26,084 nucleotides of DNA from contig CALKOM010000166.1 in assembly GCA_938091905.1 (NCBI GenBank), forward strand, positions 1 through 26,084, read 5' to 3'. Positions 25,422 through 26,084 of this stretch are shown here, piece after piece (positions within the stretch are counted from its first letter, which is position 1; each line of letters starts with the position of its first letter). The notes beneath the pieces are model-generated. The model saw only the letters and a program-made list of their open reading frames with translations. It did not search any database and had not been told where the DNA came from. A program made the position numbers and the translations under genes. The stretch is from an uncultured Verrucomicrobiales bacterium. Lineage in GTDB: Bacteria > Verrucomicrobiota > Verrucomicrobiia > Verrucomicrobiales > DEV007.

Positions 25422-25915
25422 GGCTCGGTAAGATCGGTGGACTTCTCTTCGGCACGCTGGCTTTAGGAGCCGGGCTCTTTGCCCTCACCTGGGGAATTCA
25501 AGGCGTGCTTGCCTCGCTGGCATCGAAGGACTGGCCCACCGCCGAAGGCACCGTTACTCAGTCAGAGCTCGAGAAACAGCGAAAGAAAGGTGGAGCCGCC
25601 TCCAATCAACGCCGAAACCGTTTCACCTACACACCTCGTGTCACCTACGAATTCTCCGTAGAAGGCCAATCCTACACGGGCACACGACTGAGCTTCAGCG
25701 ACTACGCCACGTCGAACGAAGAGCAAATGCAGCAAGTAATCGCCCCGTATACAGCGGGCACCTCGGTTACCGTCCACTATGATCCTGACAAGCCCACGGA
25801 GTGTGCCTTGCAAACAGGCTTCGGATGGACACCCGTAGCCATCACGGGAGCCGGTTGCATCCTCACCTTCATCGGCAGCATCGCACTGGTTGGGTCAATC
25901 AGGCGAAAGAGCTAG
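25418..25915 (+). CDS. DUF3592-like membrane protein
   Basis: N-terminal TM, WPTAEGTVTQS, YTPRVTYEFSVEGQSYTG, VTVHYDPDKP, C-terminal TM. Confidence 0.85.
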   Translation: MRLGKIGGLLFGTLALGAGLFALTWGIQGVLASLASKDWPTAEGTVTQSELEKQRKKGGAASNQRRNRFTYTPRVTYEFSVEGQSYTGTRLSFSDYATSNEEQMQQVIAPYTAGTSVTVHYDPDKPTECALQTGFGWTPVAITGAGCILTFIGSIALVGSIRRKS

Positions 25916-25967
25916 CCCAAGGCGCCTCAGGCGCGCCCTACCTCCCGCTTGATCGATCTAAATAAGA

Positions 25968-26084
25968 TCAGTCCCTCCAAACAAAATCAGCCACGACCGG
26001 CAGGTGGTCGCTAGCCGCCATCGAGGACGCCTCAGACAAAGAGCGACTGGCGAGCCATGAACCAGAAAGATCGGCCGTGTCGAA
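25968..26084 (-). CDS. Endonuclease/exonuclease/phosphatase-family protein, C-terminal end only
   Basis: Minus frame from the window edge: FDTADL...AASDHLPVVADFVWRD-TGA. SDHxPV is the EEP C-terminal catalytic motif. Confidence 0.75.
   Translation of the reverse strand, partial: FDTADLSGSWLASRSLSEASSMAASDHLPVVADFVWRD

Noticed and set aside
25916..25967. Intrinsic terminator between the convergent DUF3592 and EEP genes
   Set aside because: Only a 5-bp GCGCC/GGCGC stem with a 3-nt loop and no U-tract.
1..26084. tRNA, rRNA, prophage or anti-phage defence genes
   Set aside because: None recognisable. Intergenic gaps are short and lack cloverleaf motifs.

Overview
Bacterial chromosomal window, most consistent with a Verrucomicrobiota (PVC-group) genome: it has DUF1549/DUF1553 + DUF1501 gene pairs, an SHD1 secreted protein, split coaC/coaB and mostly SD-less starts. 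The left 3 kb is decaying. It holds the 5' end of an ISL3 element with a frameshifted transposase, a REC-HisKA-HATPase pseudogene (3 stops and a G9 frameshift) and an SHD1-protein pseudogene (1 frameshift and 3 stops). Next come two DUF1549/DUF1553-DUF1501 pairs flanking a YwaF-like membrane gene and a glutaredoxin, then a third pseudogene (Ig-like). The rest is mostly intact genes: mnmE, hisC, metF, YfgM-like, pterin carbinolamine dehydratase, rarA, coaC, coaB, suhB-like, DUF3592 and the 3' end of an EEP-family gene. The most unusual items are (i) a membrane protein with an S1-S4 voltage-sensor-like domain, no pore, an apparent degenerate second sensor repeat and a C-terminal coiled coil, next to a 1003-aa Pro-rich membrane-anchored protein, and (ii) a strand-symmetric GTTAG/CTAAC bias at synonymous sites. 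All family calls are from manual motif recognition; no searches were run.
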